IMG/VR virus record: IMGVR_UViG_3300044513_001251 | Coordinates: 1 to 43,434 of that record | Strand: one strand, 5' to 3' | Source: a virus | Lineage: Duplodnaviria > Caudoviricetes | Length of the DNA: 43,434 bases | Part shown: in pieces, positions 21,401 through 26,421 of the stretch | Position numbering within the stretch: position 1 is the stretch's first letter | Layout of the letters: every line of letters begins with the position of its first letter | Notes under the pieces: generated by a model | Databases searched by the model: none | What the model was told of the DNA's origin: nothing | What the model saw: the letters and a program-made list of their open reading frames with translations, nothing else | Program-made: the position numbers and the translations under genes

Positions 21401-23754
21401 GCAAAGATTGATTGCTCTTCTTCACCTACAAGACCGTTGTTGATTGGAGCACCAGCACCATCGAAGTAGAACTTCGTAGCATCGATGATGTTAGCGTTAC
21501 CACCATCTCTAAGGTCTTCTGCGATAGCGTCAACAATGAAACCAATGTCACGCTTGCACTTACCATCAGCAACACCTTGAATGTTGGAGATGCCATAAGT
21601 TTCAACCATCTGGTCGAATGCTGTGTTGACAATCTCCTGGCGGTTAGCAAGGATTAGATTGCGAGCATCGAAGTATCTGTTGCCTGCAGGATTTAAACCA
21701 GGGTTGACATAAGAAATGTTCTGAAGTCTAGGATACTTCTCTAGGATATAACCGAAGACTTCCTCCTGGATCATGCGGCGGTTGCTTTCAATTAGATTAG
21801 CAGCGTCAGCATAGATGTTGTTAACAACACCACCAGTTGGATTGAGGATAGTGCCCTTGGCAAGATACTTAACAAAACCAGTAGGTTCTAGTCTAGCACT
21901 AAAGAACTCATCTGTGCCAGGTGCTGGATCTAACTTAACATACAGTTCTTCGTTAGACTTAGCACCAATTCTGAAACCGTCAATGGTAGCAGCAGGACGA
22001 TCAGTTGGTTGAACAATGTCGTCACTACCTAGGTATAGTTTAGTGTAGTTGCCACTCTCTTGTAGAGTGCCTTGAATGTCAACCGTATAGTAGGCAACTT
22101 TCTTGGTTTGTGCAGCAGTATCCTTAACCTGCTTAGGTGGAATAATATCGGTAATGTAACCACCCTTATCCTGGTTGAAGGCGAAACCTTTGAAACCAAT
22201 AGCGTGAAGTGATGTATTACCGAAGTTGGAGTTAGAGTTGGTGATCGACATGTCACCACCACTTTCCATCAGGAAGTGATCAGCGAAACCAACAGCGAAG
22301 ATCGAAACGTTCTGAATGAATGCGTCATCAGATGCACGAACGTGGAAGTTTCTCCACTCATCCTTCCAGTAACTATCACCCTTGGTGTGATAAGGAACAG
22401 TAGCAAATGCATCTACTAGTGATGCTTGGTTCCAAGTGTTAGAATACTCATCATAACGGATGAATGCTCTATCGTCTTTCTGTAGAGAAACACCCGTATA
22501 CTGAGCGATAACCATTGACTTAAAGCCTGTCGCCTTAAGACCATTTGCCCAGATACCACAAATACCCCAGGTAGATCTGATTGATACGTTGAAGACATAT
22601 GGTGATGCAGATTCAACACTATCAACTTCTGCTAGAGTTTGTGCATTGGCACCCAGAGTTGGTTGGTTGACAATCTGACCAGATGCAAGATTAGTTCCGA
22701 TTGCACTAACAACGAATGGAACTTCATATGTAAACTTACGAGGATCATTCTGATCGATTTCTTTAACAGGGAAGATACCCTCAAGAACATCATCAATCTC
22801 AGTGTTAGCAATGGCAACAAACTGACCTTGGAAGTAACCATGGTCAACCTTGGTTGTTACCTCAACCTCAGTAGTAGAAGCAGGGATGCTAGAATCAGTG
22901 GTAGCATCAGTTAGCTTCAGACTTTCAATAACTCTACTGTCAGATAGAGGTCCAACAATTCTGTTTTCCTGAATGTTGAAGTCGAATTCGCCTGGATCAT
23001 CGATTGTAGGCTGGTATGCAGAGAATGCCTTAGCAATCTTTCTATAGAACAGAGCAAGTTCTTCCTTGTCTGCGTATTCGAAAACAGTTAGTTTGTGGTG
23101 AGAGAAGTTAGGTGCTGCCTTCTTAGTGAAGTCAGAAGGATCATAGTAAACCTCACCAGTTCCTGCTGCTGAGTTATACAGAGGAGATTCTGATGTTGTT
23201 TGACCATCCTTAATGGTGAACTGCCAGAAGTAACAACCACCAGTTACATTGAAGATAGCAGAGCGAGGGATCTCTCTAGTTGTAGTTGCAGGGTCAGGAA
23301 CATAGAGAGGTCTGATTGTGGTTCTTCTGAGGTCATAACCTACAAGAGAAGAACCTCTGGGGATGATTGCACCACCCTCAGTGTTGTTAAATCTGTAGAG
23401 AACGTTGTCGGGATTGGAGATATCAAGGATGCTGTCATCAGTCCATGCGTTAGTTCCTTGATCGAAACCAAAGATATCAATTAAACTAGTATCACCAGTG
23501 CCAGGGCGGTTATCAATGTAGTGAATACCAGGCATCAGCATGATGCTGAACTGGTCAAATCTATCATTACCAAAACCAGGAAGATAAGAATATCTCGCAA
23601 CTTCTAAGAAAGCACGCTGGATACTCTTAAATGGAGTAACAGGTGAGTTACCTCTGTTAGATAACGCATCAGTCGCGTTAAAATCGTCTGGAGAAACATA
23701 AAGATACTTACCAGTTTTCGAGCTGATAAGGTTATCTAAACGTGTTAATGGCAT
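9475..23754 (-). CDS. Giant virion structural / fibre-like protein (4759 aa) with phycobiliprotein-like internal repeats
   Basis: Uninterrupted 14.3-kb ORF with a late promoter, heading the tail fibre operon. N-terminus YVSPDD...ATD...GNS...PFKSIQRA is typical of cyanophage virion proteins; C-terminus ends GWWLVEL. Confidence 0.9.
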   Translation of the reverse strand: MPLTRLDNLISSKTGKYLYVSPDDFNATDALSNRGNSPVTPFKSIQRAFLEVARYSYLPGFGNDRFDQFSIMLMPGIHYIDNRPGTGDTSLIDIFGFDQGTNAWTDDSILDISNPDNVLYRFNNTEGGAIIPRGSSLVGYDLRRTTIRPLYVPDPATTTREIPRSAIFNVTGGCYFWQFTIKDGQTTSESPLYNSAAGTGEVYYDPSDFTKKAAPNFSHHKLTVFEYADKEELALFYRKIAKAFSAYQPTIDDPGEFDFNIQENRIVGPLSDSRVIESLKLTDATTDSSIPASTTEVEVTTKVDHGYFQGQFVAIANTEIDDVLEGIFPVKEIDQNDPRKFTYEVPFVVSAIGTNLASGQIVNQPTLGANAQTLAEVDSVESASPYVFNVSIRSTWGICGIWANGLKATGFKSMVIAQYTGVSLQKDDRAFIRYDEYSNTWNQASLVDAFATVPYHTKGDSYWKDEWRNFHVRASDDAFIQNVSIFAVGFADHFLMESGGDMSITNSNSNFGNTSLHAIGFKGFAFNQDKGGYITDIIPPKQVKDTAAQTKKVAYYTVDIQGTLQESGNYTKLYLGSDDIVQPTDRPAATIDGFRIGAKSNEELYVKLDPAPGTDEFFSARLEPTGFVKYLAKGTILNPTGGVVNNIYADAANLIESNRRMIQEEVFGYILEKYPRLQNISYVNPGLNPAGNRYFDARNLILANRQEIVNTAFDQMVETYGISNIQGVADGKCKRDIGFIVDAIAEDLRDGGNANIIDATKFYFDGAGAPINNGLVGEEEQSIFAFNRARDLCKKAVANLLTVKADIYDPDPNSIFFNGSTNKYPDFIAGKGYTGSAAEEANLTSNGVTYDPAGIADPAGRYKDARNRIVANRDFILDAALAEVAVYHPDFYIPGDTQTNDQSRYADAFRLIRRNSKEIGDKALAAIALNHPDFYIPGDQQTDASSRFADSYRLIQQNRDHIVDTALAQIAIGHPDFYIPGDQQTDARSRYNDAYRLIQQNKTEIVNTAYANMFAIYPNYDGNNGNTFGDKCKRDLGYLVDAVSLDLFVGGNKYSRKFISEYFDGNGNWISGGLQGEETASIEAFNQARDLMGAAVANQLSISDPTITEGPAQYGGGGPNIPRTNAGACDDVQSAIDTLVNIITTPISAGNLSGLVAETPYISGAGESKCRRDIGYFVDAVALDLFINGNEYTWKFCAEYFTNATTQISDGLVGEEAESRTAFAKAADMMKQAVTNQLYEKDLTITVDNAPGSDYGQVSRSFTPHAATYDPNTGLAVLSIANHDLSVGDYITIATDSLTFTCDLDGNATQHTYPRATDPAAGQYIEITAATDDTITVNVGDGGTNTSVHTFVSASANAVTFGANTANQLTDIQPVLCSDVQSAIDTLNTIVQDVFIAGNLNGMPLEINKGSAGPGETKCRRDIGYFIDAISVDMFAGGNKHTKEFTRQYFTNATTPLSNGLVGEETESVTAFTAAVNEMKRAVYNALYYKDLTVTEGDSEYGIGDGPIDNQDSTACSDVQNAIQTLGDIVTDAITVGAITGGIWNSADNAGTFLTGETKCRRDIGHVVDAIAQDLWFGGNEYTIAATKEYFNNNALIGNGVDNEVGPSITAFKRAADLMNRAANNQYYDRDLTITLDQVGDPPFVSDIHADAYNLVLDNKEFIAEEAYQRMLLAYPSYAPQTGNTKQDCLDDVYDVLEEVMWDVKFGGNSKTYDVAKIYVTNVFNGQAISTFIDAERDEAAKVFTEARNIAIQCLRNETVTVTSGNTLTQKKDLTIVDDWDIDELLPTCGSAAGAVDTLFGVVLQAIGSDSGVGNLDGITRTTGAPADPAYNTTVTLTAATSNTLTFNVGTSTHNYTHKFVSALPGAIVSGGDYDHRFESASANSISVVNAGQLTPTNAVYDAATGVMTMYFGAAHGVTTSDQFSIANSSIVFSCSSDNYASTIAYPRPGVDPQAGQNITPTSVTSHSITFNAGASPAVEHNVSTATYNPTTGDVVVTTSTSHGLTSGKKIFVKTEGLTFSCAKDQYETTHSYPRAAKAYQPDVYTVGNCSDVLQTIDTLTGIICDALLAGNLNDLPPVSNGQWDCANVRSTIENLFDIITEAIGGGTLAGLPPVNTGDFTINNEASKCFRDVSYIVDAVVNDLRLGGNINSIQAGEAYYVGNSLTYIDDEKTETLDAWDYVGQLATAAMRNFDVLAYNCSTTAGSAIVDVNDTRGIVIGMSVKEYDNTNSVNPAYVNGLLQSGATPVYSNIPEGAYVKRIVSNTEIELGVENSRLDTGNLVNALQTSTTTELYFVYEKGIWADTEPTTVTVGPEADGPDVIQDTLTSPTSRECAGTANAIDNLIGVITTIINSGLGTVVRQEQTVDTALLASRATVFTIDTTGAGPSNPHNFETGTPVRLVPRPRFDTTTGKYVDVDKRLVRLPKGFDTNETYYVIAPGRVTQPEDYSGTTFFDGSDQTKLMLATSKENAAAGIYIYASETDSIDKDVEIDLYQFVLDDKYDLHNYVGVTSTATLIQTDVSHVFDIPDAGTTPQLVFIREVEGGVLPAVASGQASDPDIAVTDPTDANVGRINPNKEFYAKYVTNKQFSLHTTHADAINGVNPITFVVTANKFNVYANKRRSPMRFDPGFTNSVADTGKWYIQCKNDVTGQPDSIKKENIFWRINESDYADRPRSTDMWYERLDDTREADERTYKLRFVIPKYLENARDPINGFVLKTRTDDTRKLVPQKILLKPVTGTVYGARFENPRQAGEFIGYTDADFTTNNLNTDVAYDPYLSIDNRAFAKFNSGIQATIQSGRYVEDVLDPSIKYLELTVFDHTINATDFSGLTNEILTTVKITAPQGGDFVTNKTDNSPTDTNAAAFAGNSSGQCNIHAYYSVGGDHYLIIKNIRGGILEYSEFTNTRFTQGNVFADMLEDQDMGKSLPLKTLIRKNFSQYFYKQDGANVYTITPGDRIQDDAGVEYYVASVDDVGVVEDTFYIFGYETLQRRIAGQQDGVYYITALRGNVSPFPTGAGVSTNFRRFKFSQPVSKLYPLNYRNDPLWFQNNGTTQAEKDYYANLIDPPQAFSAADNYVHGLVTVNDYKNSVTRELVEDLISNPAFILNTYTGDNQIRAQEGNAVSGSEDRRIRIAGDSTVLADQRYYIELRRPSIARAGNHTFEYLGFGPGNYSTGLPARQEVVLTPEQDFYAQSKKQDAGIVFYTGINSQGDLYIGNRRINAITGAETFIDAAVLADDGDEDDVIGGLVTTFDTPVTFNQNITIVGGDGSLANSIESPLVISVQDGDFTQVDDSLIIRSNVKSTKNDLGVIEQDERLDRTQFNPPTAGDIRISKNRIASAVFEITPIRYPRARGYKFLTHAVGDFGSNLTPNQSPLTSAGGTRLVTNQYIDYAGVIPTPGDVLIKGEQVNLTGSFAWVYSDGYTEVSATSILKLTFDGSNIFKVEWQANGVAVQNQALGITDSSQIRVSDYYPNTDLNGTWYIVSPAGDPFSSTNNYVHVQIIDPIPSEIKPWADVVNGATGSQDPTIEFSNSAWKEVGVIGSEAIRTETDTIGDFKVGINTINRATHDAVENAWVEEANTDPRANLDVVGNAYISGRKTTDFLDHTNFADREKNRIADALIVGGDSSVPADEAVLRVSTETSTPLENGRPVAEGKVGVNATDAELNRALVVKGDARFTEDVQFERDIEVQGDGTVAEVRTDITTGTVNLFTDSTFVGTANSTGLNLAGFAQTIKIGDEQTGDQFLRLGNSADHSNIFIGDIADTASYISKIQIGGAYNNNSSNSFTLIGSKQFSVAGDVLIGANRTIGGDATDPDQVVTLRTEAGVLNFFTTQTQTVNFATNASLITIGGQGGSTTIRNNFTVDANARFNGDIKLCGGNASYSFEGLRGQLGTDDFAHASGVLGQNTFNSNIDIINVSVLTVADFNNPTPAEISAGFNRIDTVGSADWGDASYQEAITGGGAEGADLPAITGDEFYLPLKYKPTPYFQAGDYILLDTVITGSGATEQYPELVRITEDGLQGAEATPYYLKVRRHPLGSFTKYKLQQLSPALDYLETHPDTTNIWKCNIAFDATWTTQTVDATGPVDNFYLSQFGGSLTTNDYVIVDREDTNDDGDFNQGEIVKVQTQLDQVSKKLIVTSGCDSANEVPVFIVDSVTGDIIMGDENSQTAVTNMYGSLTLRGGCGATPIVNDIFDIFADTSDNAKLSLNNRDFTTFEVDTCQGNTTIGNEWGWVWAVQGYYGSTEVAHDTDAPVYVYTRDPQTAQATGPQTLLASTLSGGQTEFMVVNSITGFETGDLVAIINGSTQAEIIVITDDPYIDATTNEPRIPFRSTSAYPSGGRAQETTSAGSFLVGAVVVKIQKDTRTTTLLEALPATGRTQAPTPNTNPDRIVLKLANGNLVSQKLDYEQFIRIGSEFFFPDSIDGTVDPNFGVKMPKSIRDTNDADSPEEGIRRYFGGGKLTINDDLNINAGNFRMYGTDSKTLILGIANDDGHPGDGAILDPVTGRAGMYLNGRADIYGKLRVYKQTCQENGVCSNDLMFDVDNNDGSVRLGESLYIKGQIKENADNTAEILHIDNIGGAGNTGAGPKDFIMYQDGSVDAFGISRYFNSNGGRRWTYLAASTTGFGQVVANPLQPNGNYLVNPSSSGNMVVYLPSETAQTGDMIRFIDISGNLSYNANLIIRALPIGTTAVPIQGDSTGTKAQAGSAEPSALAWASGELIVQTRNASFGLVYVGVSDAQGDPNASEIPTDLRGWWLVEL
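17650..19973 (-). repeat. Three dispersed beta-rich inserts (AxYxxxTG...H....G....I.....FxC..D......YPR)
   Basis: Copies at about 19811-19973, 17911-18075 and 17650-17809 inside the giant gene. Confidence 0.8.
20695..21177 (-). repeat. Tandem 129-nt (43-aa) repeat, about 4 copies
   Basis: HPDFYIPGD recurs, with ccaggaat at 21071, 20942 and 20813. Confidence 0.9.
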
Positions 23755-23789
23755 GATTACCCTGACCTTACAAACTTTGTCCTCGGGTT

Positions 23790-23797
23790 TATTTATA
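23790..23797 (-). promoter_or_regulatory. T4 late promoter TATAAATA
   Basis: Exact T4 consensus, 35 nt upstream of the giant gene ATG. Confidence 0.85.
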
Positions 23798-23856
23798 CCA
23801 GAAAAACCTAGAAATCCCAGTCAGGTTCTAATTTTTAAAAGTTAAGAGATTTGAAC

Positions 23857-24207
23857 CTAAGGAACCACAATGAGATCGGGAAGGTCTACATAACCATGCT
23901 CTAATAGTCTGTGGCAGTTCGCACATATTGGAGCACACTTATCAATTTCTTCTTGCAGTGTCTTATAACTTGCAATCTGTAATAATTTCGATATACTATG
24001 CTTCCTTGGTGTTGGATCAATGTGTAGAAGATCCATTACTTCTGGTGGGTATTGTTTATTGCAGATGATACATGGATGCTTCTTTGCATCATCAACTATC
24101 TGCTTTCGCCTCTTAGCACTAACTTGATTTGTTTTAGAAGTTTTAGAATTCTTTCTAGCCCACTCACGCTGATACTTACGATTTTCTTCTTTATCTTTAT
24201 AAGGCAT
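23857..24207 (-). CDS. Free-standing HNH endonuclease (116 aa)
   Basis: Basic N-terminus MPYKDKE..., CIIC, LLHIDP, CAPICANCHR. Confidence 0.8.
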   Translation of the reverse strand: MPYKDKEENRKYQREWARKNSKTSKTNQVSAKRRKQIVDDAKKHPCIICNKQYPPEVMDLLHIDPTPRKHSISKLLQIASYKTLQEEIDKCAPICANCHRLLEHGYVDLPDLIVVP

Positions 24208-24290
24208 AGTCTAGATACTTCCTTAATACAGATGTAAATGTAGTAGAATTGCTCACCCCATGTTACATCACCACGCAATTTATTTAACAT
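24096..24290 (-). CDS. Small hypothetical protein (64 aa) overlapping the HNH gene
   Basis: GGAGG ribosome-binding site just before the ATG at 24290, immediately after tRNA-Tyr. Confidence 0.45.
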   Translation of the reverse strand: MLNKLRGDVTWGEQFYYIYICIKEVSRLCLIKIKKKIVSISVSGLERILKLLKQIKLVLRGESR

Positions 24291-24304
24291 AATACCTCCA
24301 AGTA

Positions 24305-24386
24305 TGGGCAGGGAGGGATTTGAACCCCCGTAGGCAGAGCCAGCGGATTTACAGTCCGCCTCCATTAACCACTCGGACACCTACCC
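24305..24386 (-). tRNA. tRNA-Tyr (GTA)
   Basis: GGGTAGG/CCTGCCC acceptor, GCGGA-CTGTAAA-TCCGC anticodon arm, variable arm, GGTTCAAATCC. Confidence 0.95.
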
Positions 24387-24389
24387 TAA

Positions 24390-24462
24390 CTCCTCCACCT
24401 GGGCTCGAACCAGGGACATTCTGATTAACAGTCAGACGCTCTACCGACTGAGCTATAGAGGA
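24390..24462 (-). tRNA. tRNA-Asn (GTT)
   Basis: TCCTCTA/TGGAGGA acceptor, TCTGA-CTGTTAA-TCAGA, GGTTCGAGCC. Confidence 0.95.
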
Positions 24463-24467
24463 ATATG

Positions 24468-24489
24468 TTCGCTATTTGCAAATAGCGAA
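24468..24489. repeat. Perfect 22-bp palindrome in a tRNA spacer
   Basis: TTCGCTATTTG-CAAATAGCGAA. Confidence 0.9.
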
Positions 24490-24562
24490 TGGAGAATAGC
24501 GGACTCGAACCGCTGACAGCCTGCTTGCAAAGCAGGTGCTCTACCAACTGAGCTAATTCCCC
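24490..24562 (-). tRNA. tRNA-Ala (TGC)
   Basis: GGGGAAT/ATTCTCC acceptor with G3:U70, CCTGC-TTTGCAA-GCAGG. Confidence 0.95.
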
Positions 24563-24639
24563 TGGAGCCACTTACCCGACTTGAACGGGTGACCTGAGCT
24601 TTACAAAAACCCTGCTCTATCCAGCTGAGCTAAAGTGGC
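24563..24639 (-). tRNA. tRNA-Thr (TGT), CCA encoded
   Basis: GCCACTT/AAGTGGC-T-CCA; GGGTT-TTTGTAA-AGCTC; abuts tRNA-Ala with no spacer. Confidence 0.92.
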
Positions 24640-24642
24640 ATA

Positions 24643-24716
24643 CGGGACTGAAGGGACTTGAACCCTCGACTTCCTGCGTGACAGGCAGGCGCTCTAACCG
24701 ACTGAGCTACAACCCC
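24643..24716 (-). tRNA. tRNA-Asp (GTC)
   Basis: GGGGTTG/CAGTCCC acceptor, CCTGC-CTGTCAC-GCAGG, GGTTCAAGTCC. Confidence 0.95.
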
Positions 24717-25231
24717 ATACGTTTGAATTTGAATGCTCCCCATTCAGAACCCCAAATTCTTTGATTGGTTTCGGTATGGAGACCACGATCAACAACTTGG
24801 TAATCTTCTTCGCTGAGGATTACTTCATTCTGAACATAGGTCTTAACACCCTGCCACTCAACATAACAGTTGCAAGTAGAAGTTCCACCAGTGAAGGTGG
24901 AGTTCCCTGTCTGCTTCATAATTATATCGCATCCCTCACGGTATGTCAAGAGGTCATCAGTAAGATTTTCGAGATTTTTGCACTCTGCAAACTGCTTGGC
25001 ATCTTTGATCTCATAGTTCTTGAGACGGAACTGTTCCTCCTCAGCAACTACTTCAATAACAAACTGTCGGTATGGTCTGTTCTTAAGATAGTTATATGCT
25101 TGTTCGCCATAAACGCGATTATCGGAAATTTTCCGATGATTTACCCAGATGTGAGCATAACGAGTGGGGTGAGATTGTGCTTGGATTTTGTTAGAAAATG
25201 TTCCTACAAGCAGATCAAGAAACTGATTCAT
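24707..25231 (-). CDS. cpeT: CpeT/CpcT-type phycobilin lyase (174 aa)
   Basis: GTFSNKIQAQSHP...YAHI, YGEQAY...RPYRQ, REGCD, VDRG, IWGSEWGAFKFKR are T-type lyase motifs. Confidence 0.92.
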   Translation of the reverse strand: MNQFLDLLVGTFSNKIQAQSHPTRYAHIWVNHRKISDNRVYGEQAYNYLKNRPYRQFVIEVVAEEEQFRLKNYEIKDAKQFAECKNLENLTDDLLTYREGCDIIMKQTGNSTFTGGTSTCNCYVEWQGVKTYVQNEVILSEEDYQVVDRGLHTETNQRIWGSEWGAFKFKRMGL

Positions 25232-25496
25232 CGGGTAAAACTTCTGGATTAACGAGGTCTAATTCAAACAGAACTGGGTGGCATTCTTCAGCAATCAAAT
25301 AATCAGAATACCTGAAGATATCTTCAAGTGTATATTCTTGATTAAGTGCTGCTTCAGACAGAATCCACTTATCTTCTTTTTCTTCTCTTTCGAGAACGTC
25401 AAAGGCAAATGGAATACTTTCAATATAATACATCAGCACAGGTTCATTGTCAACAAAGACATATCTTCTGCTAATTGTATACTTGAACTTAGTCAT
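25215..25496 (-). CDS. Hypothetical acidic protein (93 aa)
   Basis: ORF overlapping the cpeT start; AAAGG upstream. Confidence 0.75.
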   Translation of the reverse strand: MTKFKYTISRRYVFVDNEPVLMYYIESIPFAFDVLEREEKEDKWILSEAALNQEYTLEDIFRYSDYLIAEECHPVLFELDLVNPEVLPDESVS

Positions 25497-25524
25497 TTAC
25501 CTTTGTCAAATTTTCCTGACATTA

Positions 25525-26172
25525 CTATTTAACATTGATCCAAGATGTTTCTAGTCCATAATCACCAATTGGGTGTATATTCATTGCAATACTGTAACGA
25601 TCTTCATCTTTATCCCATACAGGAATTTCATGTTTCATGTATGCAGGGAATAGTAAAAATGAATTTTTTGGCGGTTGTATACTAGCACTAGTGCAGGTAT
25701 ATGGAGTTTGTTTGTAAATTGGAAATACAAAATTACTCTTGTCCCAAAATGGATTTTCTAGGATTAGAATGTTATCATCCTGAAGATATAGAATACCAGC
25801 CATGTAATAGTTCTTATGCAAATGAAGAGGACTACCTTGACCTTTTGAAGTTTTAGTTACCCAAGAACTCTTGACACTAAAACCATCACTGTTTTGGCAC
25901 AATAACTGTCTAGAAATATCCTGCACAAGGATCTCAAAATGTTCTTTCATGTCAGGAATGCCACGAAGAACATCTTTATCAATTGATACTCGTGTTGATC
26001 GATCAGAGTTTTCTTGTCCAACAGTATCAGGAACGCTAGGTCCCCATGTCTGTTGTTCACAAAAATCTCTCAGAGCAGCGCATTGCTCATCATTAATTGC
26101 ATCTTGATATAGAAAGATTGGCAAGTGAAATGGATCTAATCTTTCTAAAGTTCCTTCTACTCTTTCTGTCAT
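25525..26172 (-). CDS. 2OG-Fe(II) oxygenase superfamily protein (215 aa)
   Basis: SWV...PLHLHKN...GILY, LLFPAYMKHE, RYSIAMN. Start moved to MTERVE because the longer ORF overlaps tRNA-Leu. Confidence 0.85.
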   Translation of the reverse strand: MTERVEGTLERLDPFHLPIFLYQDAINDEQCAALRDFCEQQTWGPSVPDTVGQENSDRSTRVSIDKDVLRGIPDMKEHFEILVQDISRQLLCQNSDGFSVKSSWVTKTSKGQGSPLHLHKNYYMAGILYLQDDNILILENPFWDKSNFVFPIYKQTPYTCTSASIQPPKNSFLLFPAYMKHEIPVWDKDEDRYSIAMNIHPIGDYGLETSWINVK

Positions 26173-26188
26173 GGTTATAAAATGCCAA

Positions 26189-26272
26189 TAGGACGAGCGG
26201 GACTTGAACCCGCACGAGCATACGCTCAACAGATTTTAAGTCTGGGGTGTCTACCAATTCCACCACCGTCCC
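26189..26272 (-). tRNA. tRNA-Leu (TAA)
   Basis: GGGACGG/TCGTCCT acceptor, CAGA-CTTAAAA-TCTG, long variable arm, GGGTTCAAGTCCC. Confidence 0.93.
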
Positions 26273-26398
26273 TCAAGCAAGCACTAGAAGTTTTTTCTTG
26301 AGTGCTTGACGCTTTGCCTTTGCCTGGCGTAATGCTTGGGGCTTTAGACGACGCTTCTGGTCTTTCTTTGAGTGATGTTGCCAGTTGGGCGTCGTCAT
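26273..26398 (-). CDS. Small basic protein (41 aa) MTTPNWQHHSKKDQKRRLKPQALRQAKAKRQALKKKLLVLA
   Basis: Manual translation; AGGA RBS; TATAAT upstream; below the ORF-track size cutoff. Confidence 0.7.
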   Translation of the reverse strand: MTTPNWQHHSKKDQKRRLKPQALRQAKAKRQALKKKLLVLA

Positions 26399-26421
26399 TG
26401 TCCTGTCTCGATTACCTAGTA

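Larger units (their letters stand above)
16699..21816 (-). repeat. Seven sets of three helical protein segments (RYxDA..LI..N; KCxRDIG...GGN; CxDV..AIDTL)
   Basis: CxRD-type Cys at aa 733, 1032, 1170, 1419, 1560, 1689, 2129; C-terminal-type Cys at aa 1129, 1377, 1516, 1789, 2050, 2086, 2334. Confidence 0.9.

Noticed and set aside
9475-23754. Intein or intron in the giant gene
   Set aside because: The frame is uninterrupted and I saw no splicing or homing-endonuclease motifs.
24291-24380. N-terminal part of the 94-aa ORF 24096..24380
   Set aside because: It is a translation of tRNA-Tyr; the plausible start is the ATG at 24290.
26173-26229. Extended start of the oxygenase ORF
   Set aside because: Overlaps tRNA-Leu; the ATG at 26172 is more plausible.
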